This document shows, piece by piece, positions 9,588-18,293 of a stretch of DNA of 64,000 bases. Positions within the stretch are counted from its first letter, which is position 1. Every line of letters starts with the position of its first letter. Source of the stretch: Flavobacteriales bacterium (GTDB lineage Bacteria; Bacteroidota; Bacteroidia; Flavobacteriales_F; PHOS-HE28); NCBI GenBank assembly GCA_016712025.1, contig JADJRW010000024.1, positions 29,753-93,752 on the forward strand, written 5' to 3'. The notes beneath the pieces were generated by a model. That model ran no database searches and was not told where the DNA came from. It worked only from the letters and a program-made list of their open reading frames with translations. The position numbers and the translations under genes are program-made.

Positions 9588-9819
9588 AGAATATACCGGT
9601 GAGCGAGCTGAGGCAGAGCACGGACAACAGCGGTGGGGGTTGTATCCGTGTGTAAGTGACGGATACCGCGACCAGAACCAAATGGCTGATCACGACCAGG
9701 ATCGCATTGACGACGATCCAGAAGTTCACCTGGGTGATCACCGCGGCCCACACCGGGTGCCTGTAGGCGAAGCGCGTGGCAAAGGAGCGGTAGTGCGCGG
9801 GGGAACGGTCCGTGCCCAT
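9553..9819 (-). pseudogene. Probable N-terminal membrane segment of the cyclase, encoded in a different frame (frame break near 9555-9565)
   Basis: ATG at 9819. MGTDRSPAHYRSFATRFAYRHPVWAAVITQVNFWIVVNAILVVISHLVLVAVSVTYTRIQPPPLLSVLCLSSLTGIFYGTALAFMGS reads as 2-3 TM helices. The frame then degenerates into low-complexity text, while the cyclase frame becomes TM-like (WDLWVDRRLG...ILVKSLLYTVTFVVISTITL). Confidence 0.5.
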
Positions 9820-9852
9820 GGGGTGCTGAAAGGTAGCGCGGCGGCGTGCCGA

Positions 9853-12093
9853 TCAGAGCACCACCAACCGGCTCGCTACGGTACCATCCACCGATAGCAC
9901 GCGCAGGATGTAGGTCCCTGCGTTCACACCACGCAGGTCCAGTAGCAGACCGGTGGGGCCCACCATGTTGGTGCGCCATGCACGAACGGTCCTGCCCGGC
10001 GCATCGATCATTTCGATCCTTGCATTCTCCCGAACGTGTGTCATGCTGATGCGCACTTCGTCGCTCGTCGGATTCGGGTAGAGGACCAGGCCCGGTACGT
10101 CCGTCTCGCTTTCCAATACGGATACCACGGCGACACATGCGCACTCCGCGTTCCAATAGGTGTCCATGGTCAAAGGATCTTCATCATCGCAGGGTGCTCC
10201 GGGCAGTGCGGAGCCGCCCGGCATGTCCGCGCAATCCAAGCCTTCGCAAATGCACAGTGCGTTCCATTGATCGTTGGTGGTGACCAGGATGCCATCATCG
10301 CACGTCGTGCCAGGAAGCGCACTTCCGCCGACGTCGCCAAGGCAGTCGCTGGTGAACGTGCCGGCGCAGAGACAGGCCAAGGTCCACACGTCGTCAACGG
10401 TATTGTCTAGCCCGTCATCGCATGGGCTTCCTGGTTGTGCATCCCCGGCGGGAACGCCAAGACAATCCGTGGGGATGAAGATGCCGAGGCATTCACAGGC
10501 AGTGCTCCAGGTGTCGTCGATCGTGTTGGGGTCGTCATCATCGCAAGGGGTACCCGGCAGGTTGGAACCGCCCACAACGCCAAGGCAATCGGCGATCTGG
10601 CCAACACAAATGCAATCGAACGACCAATATTCAGCGCTCGTGTTCGGATCCCCGTCATCACAGGGTTGCCCCCAAACGTCCGGGCCGCCCGGCACACCGA
10701 GACAATCGATCATGGCGCCGTAGCAGCTGCACCAAATGTTCCACACGTCGTTGCCGGTGTTCGCGTTGTTGTCATCGCACGGGGTGCCGGGTTGTGCGCT
10801 CCCGCCCACCGCGCCCAGACAATCCGTGGCGAGAATACCGAAGCACTGGCAGGCGCTGTTGTAAACATCGTCCGCGCTATCTGGGTTGCCATCGTTGCAC
10901 GGTGTGCCGGGCAACGCGGCACCACCGGGAACGGATTGGCAATCGAGCGGAAGGCCGATGCAGATGCAATTGGCGTTGAACGCATCATTGCCCGTGTCAG
11001 GATCCAGATCATCGCAGGCGCTGCCGGGTTGTGTGCTCCCGCCCACTACACCCGGGCAATCCGTGGCGAGAACACCGAAGCACTGGCAATCACCGTTGTA
11101 CACATCGCCGGTGCTGTCGGGATTGCCATCATCGCACGCCGTACCCGGTTGTGCGGGTCCTCCGAGCGTGCCGGTGCAATCGGTCGGGAGGGTGCCGTAG
11201 CACTGGCAGTTCGCGCTCCAGGTATCGTTCGTGCTGTTCCAGTTCCCATCATCGCACGCGGTGCCGGGCAATGCTGTGCCGTCCGGTGTGTCTGCACAAT
11301 CCAGTGGCAGACCGGCACATGTGCAGTTCACATCCCAAAGGTCGTTCCCTGTTGATGCGTCGCCGTCATCGCACGCGGTACCGGGCTGCGCGGACCCTTC
11401 TGGCTCGCCCTCGCAATCGATGGCCAATTGGCCCAGGCAAACGCAGTTCGCATTGAAGAGATCGTTCGCGGTGTTCGCGTTGCCGTCATCGCAAGGGGTA
11501 CCGGGCAAGGCCGCACCACCCACCTGACCCATGCAGTCCTCGGTGCAGGGTTCAGTGGAGAGGATAAGGTCGTAGGACCCGGATCCGCCGGGAAGTATCT
11601 CGGGGATCGGTAGGTAGTAGGTGCCTGGCGGCAGGTTCACGAAGGTCGTCTAGGGCACCCACAGTTGGTCCAGTTCCAGGCCGCAACTGGGCATGTTGAG
11701 ATCGGTAGCCACTGCGATGGAATCGGGATCGTACGGGCAGTTGGTGGCCATGAACGGAAGCGCACCGTTCCACGAACCCTGCATCGCGCAGAAACTCACT
11801 CGAACGGTCGCGCAAACCGGGATGGTGAACGCCTCCCACACAAGCGGGAACGCGGCTCCTTCACTGTTCGTAGCGCCCGCGTTGCTGCCGTTCAAGAATA
11901 CGCTCCCGGGGACGGAGAGCGCGTTCACGGTCGCATCCGCACATTCATCATTGGCCGGACCGCCACCTTCCTCCAATGATGGGGATGCCTCATACGCGGT
12001 GCTCGAACCCCACGCATCGTGCGGGCCGCAGAAGAGCAGTGCGGCGGTCCCGAGCGGGAGCCAAAAGGAATGGAGCGGGATAATGGATCGCAT
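9853..12093 (-). pseudogene. T9SS-sorted secreted protein: one N-terminal 'NDxC...GTYY' module plus 12 tandem 4-Cys repeats, interrupted by an in-frame TAG at 11650-11652
   Basis: ORFs 11650..12258 and 9853..11640 are in the same frame and read ...CGLELDQLWVP*TTFVNLPPGTYYLPIP. Signal peptide MRSIIPLHSFWLPLGTAALLFCGPHDAWG starts at 12093. The downstream piece has only a GTG start and no signal peptide, but it carries the T9SS tail (LVLYPNPTSDEVRISM...GTYILRVLSVDG). Confidence 0.8.
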
Positions 12094-12261
12094 CGCTGCC
12101 GGTCGATCAAAGATGGGAGTTTCCCGAACTATCCCGGGGCCTCGGGCGGATCCCTCTTGACGTTCACTTCGCGTTCGAGCTGGCTTTGGCGCATGGGCTA
12201 TTGTGATCTCCGGGGATCCCGTTATCTTGACCGGCCTCGCGGCTTTGTTATCCCGCACGAC

Positions 12262-13770
12262 ATGAGACCGACCTTTTTCCTCCTGCTCTATTGCTCTATG
12301 GGCGCCCCTGTGATGGCCCAGGAGTTCGCGACGGATGCGGCGATCTTCCCCAACGGTGCCTTGACCGATTACTTCGGTACTTCCATCGCGGTGGACGGGG
12401 ATCGCATGGCGGTGGGAGCGCCACGAACGGGAGTGACGGGTGCGGCGGAGGCAGGTGCTGTCTATCTGTACCGCTGGAACGGGGACCTTCTTGTTTGGGA
12501 AGCCGACGGTTCAGTGGAGCAGCAACCGGATCCTTTGGCTGGTATGGAATTCGGGACGCGCATTGCGTTGGGCAACGATCGTTTGGTGGTAGCGAGCACC
12601 TATGGCTGTGCCGATGGCAGTTGTTCGCTGCTCGTGTATCAGCGGCAGGGAGATGATGACTGGCAGTACCTCGGGGAACTGATCGTACCAGCTGCTCTGG
12701 ATGGCGGTTCTTTCGGCGCCGCGCTTGCCATGGATGGTGATCGGCTGGCGATCGGAGGCGGCTATGAAGGCGCACGCGAATGCGTCGCGCTCTATGATCT
12801 TTCCACGGGGCTTGCCTCGGTGCACGTGATTCTGGAGGATAGCCTGTTGGCAGGTGCGGACCAAGGTTTTGGCGCCTCGCTCGCACTGCTTGGCGACTTC
12901 CTCTTCGTCGGATCGCCCGGCGATGATCTTCTGGGCATGGATGCCGGCGCCGTGCAAGTACATAGCCGGAACATCGGTGGTCCGGACATGTGGGGGCTGG
13001 CGCGCAAAGTGTTGGCCTCGAACGGTGCGGCCGGTGATCGCTTCGGCACCGCTGTTGCCGTGGATCAGGATTTCGCGGCCGCCACGGCGTATGGCCTTCC
13101 CGGCTCCAACACCGATGGAGGCCGCGTCTACCTATTTGGCAAGGATGTGGGCTTCGCCGGCAATTGGGGCGAGATCGGCTTTGCCGAGCCGCAGCCTGTG
13201 CAGCCCGCTTCACGCTTCGGTTCCACCATGGATGTGAAGGGTGACCTTGTAGTGGTCGGTGCGCCTGAAGAGGACCAAGGGTCCAGCGTACTGCCGGAGG
13301 ACGGTGCGATCCACATCTTCCAACGTTCAACGAACGGGACCGGCGTTTCGCATACCCAACGCATTGGTGCCTCGACCGATCAGGAGCATTTCGGCAATGC
13401 CGTGGCATTTACTTCCCATGGGTTGGTCGCTGGCGCACCATGGAACGGTAGCGAGAGCGGGGATGATGGGATCGTGCGGGTGTTCAGGACCAGTGCCGTC
13501 GGTGTGGTCGATCACCAGCAACGGACCGCCACCGTGGCACCGAACCCTTTCCAAGGATCCTTCCAGGTTCATATGCCACCGGTCACACAGGGCTCTTCGG
13601 AGTGGCGCTTGCGGGATCAGCGCGGTACGCTCGTCGCCATAGGCACGATCGCTGCGGGCACGACCGCCTTTGAAGTGGTGCGTGATGAATGGAGTTCCGG
13701 CCTCTACCTGCTCACTGTAACGGATCATCGGGGTGTGGACCTGCTTCAGCAACGTTTGATCGCTGAGTAA
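12262..13770 (+). CDS. FG-GAP-like repeat beta-propeller protein with T9SS C-terminal sorting domain
   Basis: Signal peptide MRPTFFLLLYCSMGAPVMAQ. Repeated FGxSxAxDGDxxxVGAP...GAVYLY units (FGTSIAVDGDRMAVGAP, FGAALAMDGDRLAIGG, FGASLALLGDFLFVGSP, FGTAVAVDQDFAAATA, FGSTMDVKGDLVVVGAP). C-terminal VAPNPFQGSFQVHM...GLYLLTV. Confidence 0.85.
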   Translation: MRPTFFLLLYCSMGAPVMAQEFATDAAIFPNGALTDYFGTSIAVDGDRMAVGAPRTGVTGAAEAGAVYLYRWNGDLLVWEADGSVEQQPDPLAGMEFGTRIALGNDRLVVASTYGCADGSCSLLVYQRQGDDDWQYLGELIVPAALDGGSFGAALAMDGDRLAIGGGYEGARECVALYDLSTGLASVHVILEDSLLAGADQGFGASLALLGDFLFVGSPGDDLLGMDAGAVQVHSRNIGGPDMWGLARKVLASNGAAGDRFGTAVAVDQDFAAATAYGLPGSNTDGGRVYLFGKDVGFAGNWGEIGFAEPQPVQPASRFGSTMDVKGDLVVVGAPEEDQGSSVLPEDGAIHIFQRSTNGTGVSHTQRIGASTDQEHFGNAVAFTSHGLVAGAPWNGSESGDDGIVRVFRTSAVGVVDHQQRTATVAPNPFQGSFQVHMPPVTQGSSEWRLRDQRGTLVAIGTIAAGTTAFEVVRDEWSSGLYLLTVTDHRGVDLLQQRLIAE

Positions 13771-15224
13771 TGCTGCCGATCCGCCGGACCACTAGTGCAG
13801 GAGCTGCCCGGGCGATCACCTTGTTCGCCATGTTGGGTTTCACAACCGGTGTGCGTGCCCAATTAAGCGAGCGGCTCTTGATGAACCCGGTATTCGGCGA
13901 TACCAGTCACTTCGGTGCCAGCGTGGCGATCGATGGTGACTTCGCATTTGTTGGCGCTCCGGATTTCCGCCGCCATGGTGCGGTGTTCGTTTTCCACCGC
14001 AATATCGGCGGCGTGAACGGGTGGGGCCATGCGCACACACTCTATCCGAACGATACGATCTTCACTGCTGGCTTCGGTACTTCCATCGATGCCGATGGCG
14101 GGGTGCTGGTAGTGGGCAGTACCCAGGAGTACGATGGCTTCGCCTCCAACGGTCTCAGTGGCACGTACTTCTTCCGATGGGACCCGCAGCTTTCCTCCTT
14201 CGTGCGCGATACCTTGCTCTTGGACCCCGGCGAGAGCGCATGGGGCAGCGGGGTTTCCGTGCGGCGGCACGGCAGCAGCACGGTGGTCGCAGATGCCCTG
14301 CTGTATATCTATGACTTCAACCTGCCGTTCATTTACCACAGCGGCTACCACTGGTTCCGCGACGACACCGTACCCGGTACTTATGTGCTAGCGCATTCCT
14401 GGGAGAACATCGGTAATATCGGTTCGTTCTCTTCGCCACCGTTCCCCATGTGCCTGCACAACGATACCGTGATCTATCGCTGGGTAAACGACTATTGGTC
14501 CGCGCACACACTACAGCAGCAGGACTTCACTATTGGCAATGCGGACAATGAACTTCCCGATTACCAGGCCGTGGATGCCGATGACGGGACTTTCGCCCTG
14601 GGCCGACCACTTGATGATGACCAGGGACAGGATGCGGGCTCTGTGCTGCTCTTCCAGGTGAGCGACACTATGGAATTGATCACCGAACTGTACGAGCCAT
14701 CCCCATCCGCGTTCAGCCGTTTCGGCAGCCAGGTGGCGTGTCGAAGCGGGGTGCTGGCGGTAAACGATCAGGAACGATCGCTGATCTATCGCCGCGACCT
14801 CGGCGGTCCTGATGCCTGGGGGCTCGCCCAGATCGTGGAACCGCCCCAGTACGAATTGGGTGGAGACATTGACATCAGCGCTCTGGGCGAGGTGATCGTG
14901 GGCGGCACTTTCAATGGTGTGGGTGCGATGGCTTATGTGCTCTACGATCCCACGGTAACCGTGCCAGAACCGCTCGCTCCTTCCACCATCCAATGCGCGT
15001 ACGATCCGGCGCACGACCGGGTGGTGGTGCGTTCCTCCGAACCCTTGGTCGGGCAGTTGGAATTACTGGATGCGCAAAGCCGCTTGTTGAAGCGCTCAAC
15101 GCTGCACGCCACCATCGCCGTGGAACTGGATGTATCGCACCTCCCACCGGGCCTCTGTGTGTTGCGCATCATCGATCCCCAATACCCTGTGCGCAACGTG
15201 TCCTGCAAGGTTCTCATCCAATGA
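13770..15224 (+). CDS. FG-GAP-like repeat protein (paralog), degenerate T9SS tail
   Basis: ATG overlaps the previous TAA (TAATG). Signal peptide ...AITLFAMLGFTTGVRAQ. FGASVAIDGDFAFVGAPD...GAVFVFHRNIGGVNGWG and FGTSIDADGGVLVVGS. C-terminal ...PPGLCVLRIID. Confidence 0.85.
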   Translation: MLPIRRTTSAGAARAITLFAMLGFTTGVRAQLSERLLMNPVFGDTSHFGASVAIDGDFAFVGAPDFRRHGAVFVFHRNIGGVNGWGHAHTLYPNDTIFTAGFGTSIDADGGVLVVGSTQEYDGFASNGLSGTYFFRWDPQLSSFVRDTLLLDPGESAWGSGVSVRRHGSSTVVADALLYIYDFNLPFIYHSGYHWFRDDTVPGTYVLAHSWENIGNIGSFSSPPFPMCLHNDTVIYRWVNDYWSAHTLQQQDFTIGNADNELPDYQAVDADDGTFALGRPLDDDQGQDAGSVLLFQVSDTMELITELYEPSPSAFSRFGSQVACRSGVLAVNDQERSLIYRRDLGGPDAWGLAQIVEPPQYELGGDIDISALGEVIVGGTFNGVGAMAYVLYDPTVTVPEPLAPSTIQCAYDPAHDRVVVRSSEPLVGQLELLDAQSRLLKRSTLHATIAVELDVSHLPPGLCVLRIIDPQYPVRNVSCKVLIQ

Positions 15225-16639
15225 ACGTTACCACCGCGATGAAGCGCCCCTGGATCCTCGCCCTGTTGTGCGTGAGCGGGTCGGTCCAAGCGCAGGATTG
15301 GATCCAGTTCAAGCAGGTGGTCGCGGCGACGGCACAGCCGGGCCACCGTTTCGGGTGCGCGCTCTCCTTGCATCAGGACCGCTTGCTCGTTGGCGCGGAA
15401 GGCGATTCCACGGGCCGCGCCTACGTGTTCGACAGGCATACGGGCGGGGTGGAGCAATGGGGCGCGTTCCAGACCATCGACATTCCACCAGCGTTCAGTA
15501 ACGACCGAGGCTTTGGGCGTTTCACGCAACTCGATGAGGACGGTGCCTTCATCGCCTCCAACGAACATGTGTTCCGCTTCGCCTTCGACCCGATCGCGGA
15601 ACTCTATGTCTTCGATCGTGTGATACACAATGGCGGCGGGGATCTGGCCAAGAGCGATTCCTACTTCATCGTGGGCCAATGCGCCGGTGGTTTCGGCACG
15701 TATGACAGTGCTTTCAAGATCTACGCTCAGAACGCAGGCGGCGCCGATGCTTGGGGCTTTCAGCAGCTGTTGCTGGGCGATCAATTCACCCCCTATCTGG
15801 ACATCACCGAACCCAGCAGCCATTGCAGCATGGCCCTCAACGATGCACATTTCACCTACGGTTCGCCCATCACTGACCAGTGGTACGATCAAGGACCGTA
15901 CGGCTGCGCCCAAGGTCAGGTCCGCAGGCATGAACGCGACACGAGCTCGGGCCTCTGGTCCAACACCTGGAGCACTATGCAGAACTACGGCATCGGCCCC
16001 AGACCTTATGGGAAAGCGGTGGCGCAGCAAGGCGATACCCTCTACGCGAGCTTCGATCCCGGGTGCTGGTATTCCGCAGGTGGCGGCATCGCCAGTGATG
16101 CGCCGGATCTCGGGTGGTTCCACGTAGCGGGCCTCAGCCCCACGTTCATGCTCCCTTCACCCCCGTACCTCTTCGCGGTGGAACAGGAGCAGGATGCCAC
16201 ATACGATAACCTGTACATCTTCAAACAACTCGGCAACTACCTGTTGCCCCACCAAGTTTTGGGCGACGCCATCTTCCGCGGGTTGGATGTGGACGCCAAC
16301 TTGTGCGCGGTGGGGGTGGAGGTGGCCGGAGAAAGTTCCGTGCTGTTGCTCGGCACCGCCACCTATCTCTCCGTGCCCGAGGGGTCTCCGATGACTTCAA
16401 TACTGATCACCCCGAACCCTGCGGAAACGGAGGTGATGGTCTATTGGCCCGAGGCCGCGAAGGCATCCGAGCTTGCCATTGAAATGCGCGACTTGAGCGG
16501 TCGTGTGGTGAGCGTTGCACCGGTGCTTACCGCTCCGGTCATACTGCCCAGAGAAGGGCTCCCCAGCGGTATCTATTTGTTGCGCCTGGTGGGCGCGGAC
16601 GGCGAAACGTTTGGCACGGGTAAGGTGGCCTGGCGATGA
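15221..16639 (+). CDS. FG-GAP-like repeat protein (paralog) with T9SS tail
   Basis: ATGA overlap with the previous stop. MKRPWILALLCVSGSVQAQ signal. FGCALSLHQDRLLVGAEGDSTGRAYVFDRHTGGVEQWG. C-terminal ITPNPAETEVMVYW...GIYLLRLVGADG. Alternative ATG at 15239. Confidence 0.85.
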   Translation: MNVTTAMKRPWILALLCVSGSVQAQDWIQFKQVVAATAQPGHRFGCALSLHQDRLLVGAEGDSTGRAYVFDRHTGGVEQWGAFQTIDIPPAFSNDRGFGRFTQLDEDGAFIASNEHVFRFAFDPIAELYVFDRVIHNGGGDLAKSDSYFIVGQCAGGFGTYDSAFKIYAQNAGGADAWGFQQLLLGDQFTPYLDITEPSSHCSMALNDAHFTYGSPITDQWYDQGPYGCAQGQVRRHERDTSSGLWSNTWSTMQNYGIGPRPYGKAVAQQGDTLYASFDPGCWYSAGGGIASDAPDLGWFHVAGLSPTFMLPSPPYLFAVEQEQDATYDNLYIFKQLGNYLLPHQVLGDAIFRGLDVDANLCAVGVEVAGESSVLLLGTATYLSVPEGSPMTSILITPNPAETEVMVYWPEAAKASELAIEMRDLSGRVVSVAPVLTAPVILPREGLPSGIYLLRLVGADGETFGTGKVAWR

Positions 16640-16642
16640 CCG

Positions 16643-18166
16643 TCAGGGTAGCTGCTGCACCCGCGTCGCCGTCGGCACGGTGCCGCCGATCGTCTGTAGA
16701 ATGATGTCGCGATCGTTCGCGCTGCCGGCGTATTTCACGGTGCCGTTCAGGTTCACGTCCTCCGCGTAGTACCCGGCGGTGCTGGCCGTGGGTACCGTGC
16801 CCCCGATGCGGGTGAGCACGATGTCGCGGTCGTTCGCGCTGCCGGCGTATTTCACGGTACCATTGAAGTTCGTGTCACCGGGCCACAGGGTTAATTTGGT
16901 GCCATTGGTCTTGCGGGCGTTCGTGCCGTAGACCGTCGTGGTCGCGGTGGTGAAGTCCACCGTGGTGGAGGTGCTGCTAAGCAGGCTACCCGTGGACTTC
17001 ATCACCCCAAGGTGGTTGCGGTGGCGAACGGCCACCTTGTACGTGGCGCTGGGCACGTAAATATTCACGGGGCCGATGCCGTTCATGTCCACCACATCGC
17101 CATCGCGCTGCACCAGGGCAGCGCGTGTGGTTATGATCGTACTCGGCGTAGTATTGTCGCGCAGTTCCACCAGCACCCAATCCACAATGGCGTTCGCGCC
17201 GGTGGTGGTAAGTGTGGGAAGACGGATCTCACCCCCGCCGCCCACATGAGGATATCCCATCGCGGTGAAAGGCTCGGTCAACGGGATCAGCCCGGCGGCG
17301 CGCAGCCCATCATCCATCAAGTTGGTAGCGCTCACGAAAGGTCCATCCAGGAAGATCCGCGGCACCACTTTCACGCACGGGTTGGTAAGGCACACGGTGA
17401 AGCTCTTGTCCGGGTTCAGCCCCTGGTGCATTGCGTGCAGTCCAAGGACATACTCGTATCCTGCCATGAGGCCGGTGAACGTGTGCCCCACAGCAGCACC
17501 CAGTGGATAATAGAACCACTCACAGTCGGAATAGGGACCCAGGTTCGGGTCAACGGATGCTAACGAGAAGGTAAGATCATGCACGGCTGCCGACGGATCG
17601 ACGGTCACGGTGACGGCTGGGCCTGTAGCAGTGAATTTGTAGTGAACGTCTTGCCACGTAGTAATCCCTCCGGTACAGAGGTCGGGGAGCGTGTTCGTAG
17701 CGCCGTAAAAGGTGCCGCCGGTCGTTTGGCAGGTCGTGTTCACCGGCAGGGTGATGGCGCCCGCCACATCGTCATTGGCAGGCGGGGTGGTGCTGCCTGC
17801 GTAGAAAAGGCTGGACATGTTCGGGGCCCAAGCCTGCCAGTTGGTATTCCCCGGTTGGTTCACCTTCCTTATACCGTACATTAAGGGCTGTTCCAGTGGG
17901 AGTCCATAGATGGTTATGGAGGTATCCGCCGATCCCACTTGTTCGGAAGTCACATCCGGCCACGGATCGGGCCCGACGGTCGTCCACCAATACGCCGTGT
18001 AGATCCCTACCTGGTAATCCGCAGCACCCGGAACGGGCGACCAATGCAAGGTGACCACGCCGGGGGCATCGTTCGTGTAGGACCAGTTCTGGGCCTGTAG
18101 ATCCTCGCGAAGGAAGACGAAAGTGCTCGCGATAAGGAAGAAGGTGAGCGATGTGCGGCGGGCCAT
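16643..18166 (-). CDS. Secreted protein: FN3-like segment, one 'NDD..GA...YKFTAT' module and two C-terminal dockerin/EF-hand-like repeats
   Basis: Signal MARRTSLTFFLIASTFVFLREDLQAQ. VVTLHWSPVPGAADYQVGIY. PANDDVAGAITLPV...DVHYKFTATGPAVTV. Tandem DTNFNGTVKYAGSANDRDIVLTRIGGTVPTAS / DVNLNGTVKYAGSANDRDIILQTIGGTVPTAT. No T9SS tail seen. Confidence 0.85.
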   Translation of the reverse strand: MARRTSLTFFLIASTFVFLREDLQAQNWSYTNDAPGVVTLHWSPVPGAADYQVGIYTAYWWTTVGPDPWPDVTSEQVGSADTSITIYGLPLEQPLMYGIRKVNQPGNTNWQAWAPNMSSLFYAGSTTPPANDDVAGAITLPVNTTCQTTGGTFYGATNTLPDLCTGGITTWQDVHYKFTATGPAVTVTVDPSAAVHDLTFSLASVDPNLGPYSDCEWFYYPLGAAVGHTFTGLMAGYEYVLGLHAMHQGLNPDKSFTVCLTNPCVKVVPRIFLDGPFVSATNLMDDGLRAAGLIPLTEPFTAMGYPHVGGGGEIRLPTLTTTGANAIVDWVLVELRDNTTPSTIITTRAALVQRDGDVVDMNGIGPVNIYVPSATYKVAVRHRNHLGVMKSTGSLLSSTSTTVDFTTATTTVYGTNARKTNGTKLTLWPGDTNFNGTVKYAGSANDRDIVLTRIGGTVPTASTAGYYAEDVNLNGTVKYAGSANDRDIILQTIGGTVPTATRVQQLP

Positions 18167-18293
18167 GGTTCAGTGATCGAGGGGTGAAAATAGGGGATCT
18201 CGGTCAGTCGCCTTATGGCCCTGAGGAAATGGAGCACCCCGATCGGTTAGCTTGCGGACCCCGGGACTTCGCTGTTCCATAGTCACTATTACC

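Noticed and set aside
10129-11538. Regular 111-120-nt periodicity that could superficially suggest a repeat array or CRISPR.
   Set aside because: The period is a multiple of 3. The repeats are imperfect at the DNA level, lie inside one long ORF and translate into a conserved 4-Cys protein repeat. There is no repeat/unique-spacer alternation and no cas genes.
11650-11652. TAG reassignment (for example to an amino acid) as an explanation for the in-frame TAG.
   Set aside because: TAG is used as an ordinary terminator for well-supported genes in the same window: 7396-7398 for the HD/PycTM-like gene and 32315-32317 for the hybrid kinase-cyclase. No pyl-type context is visible.
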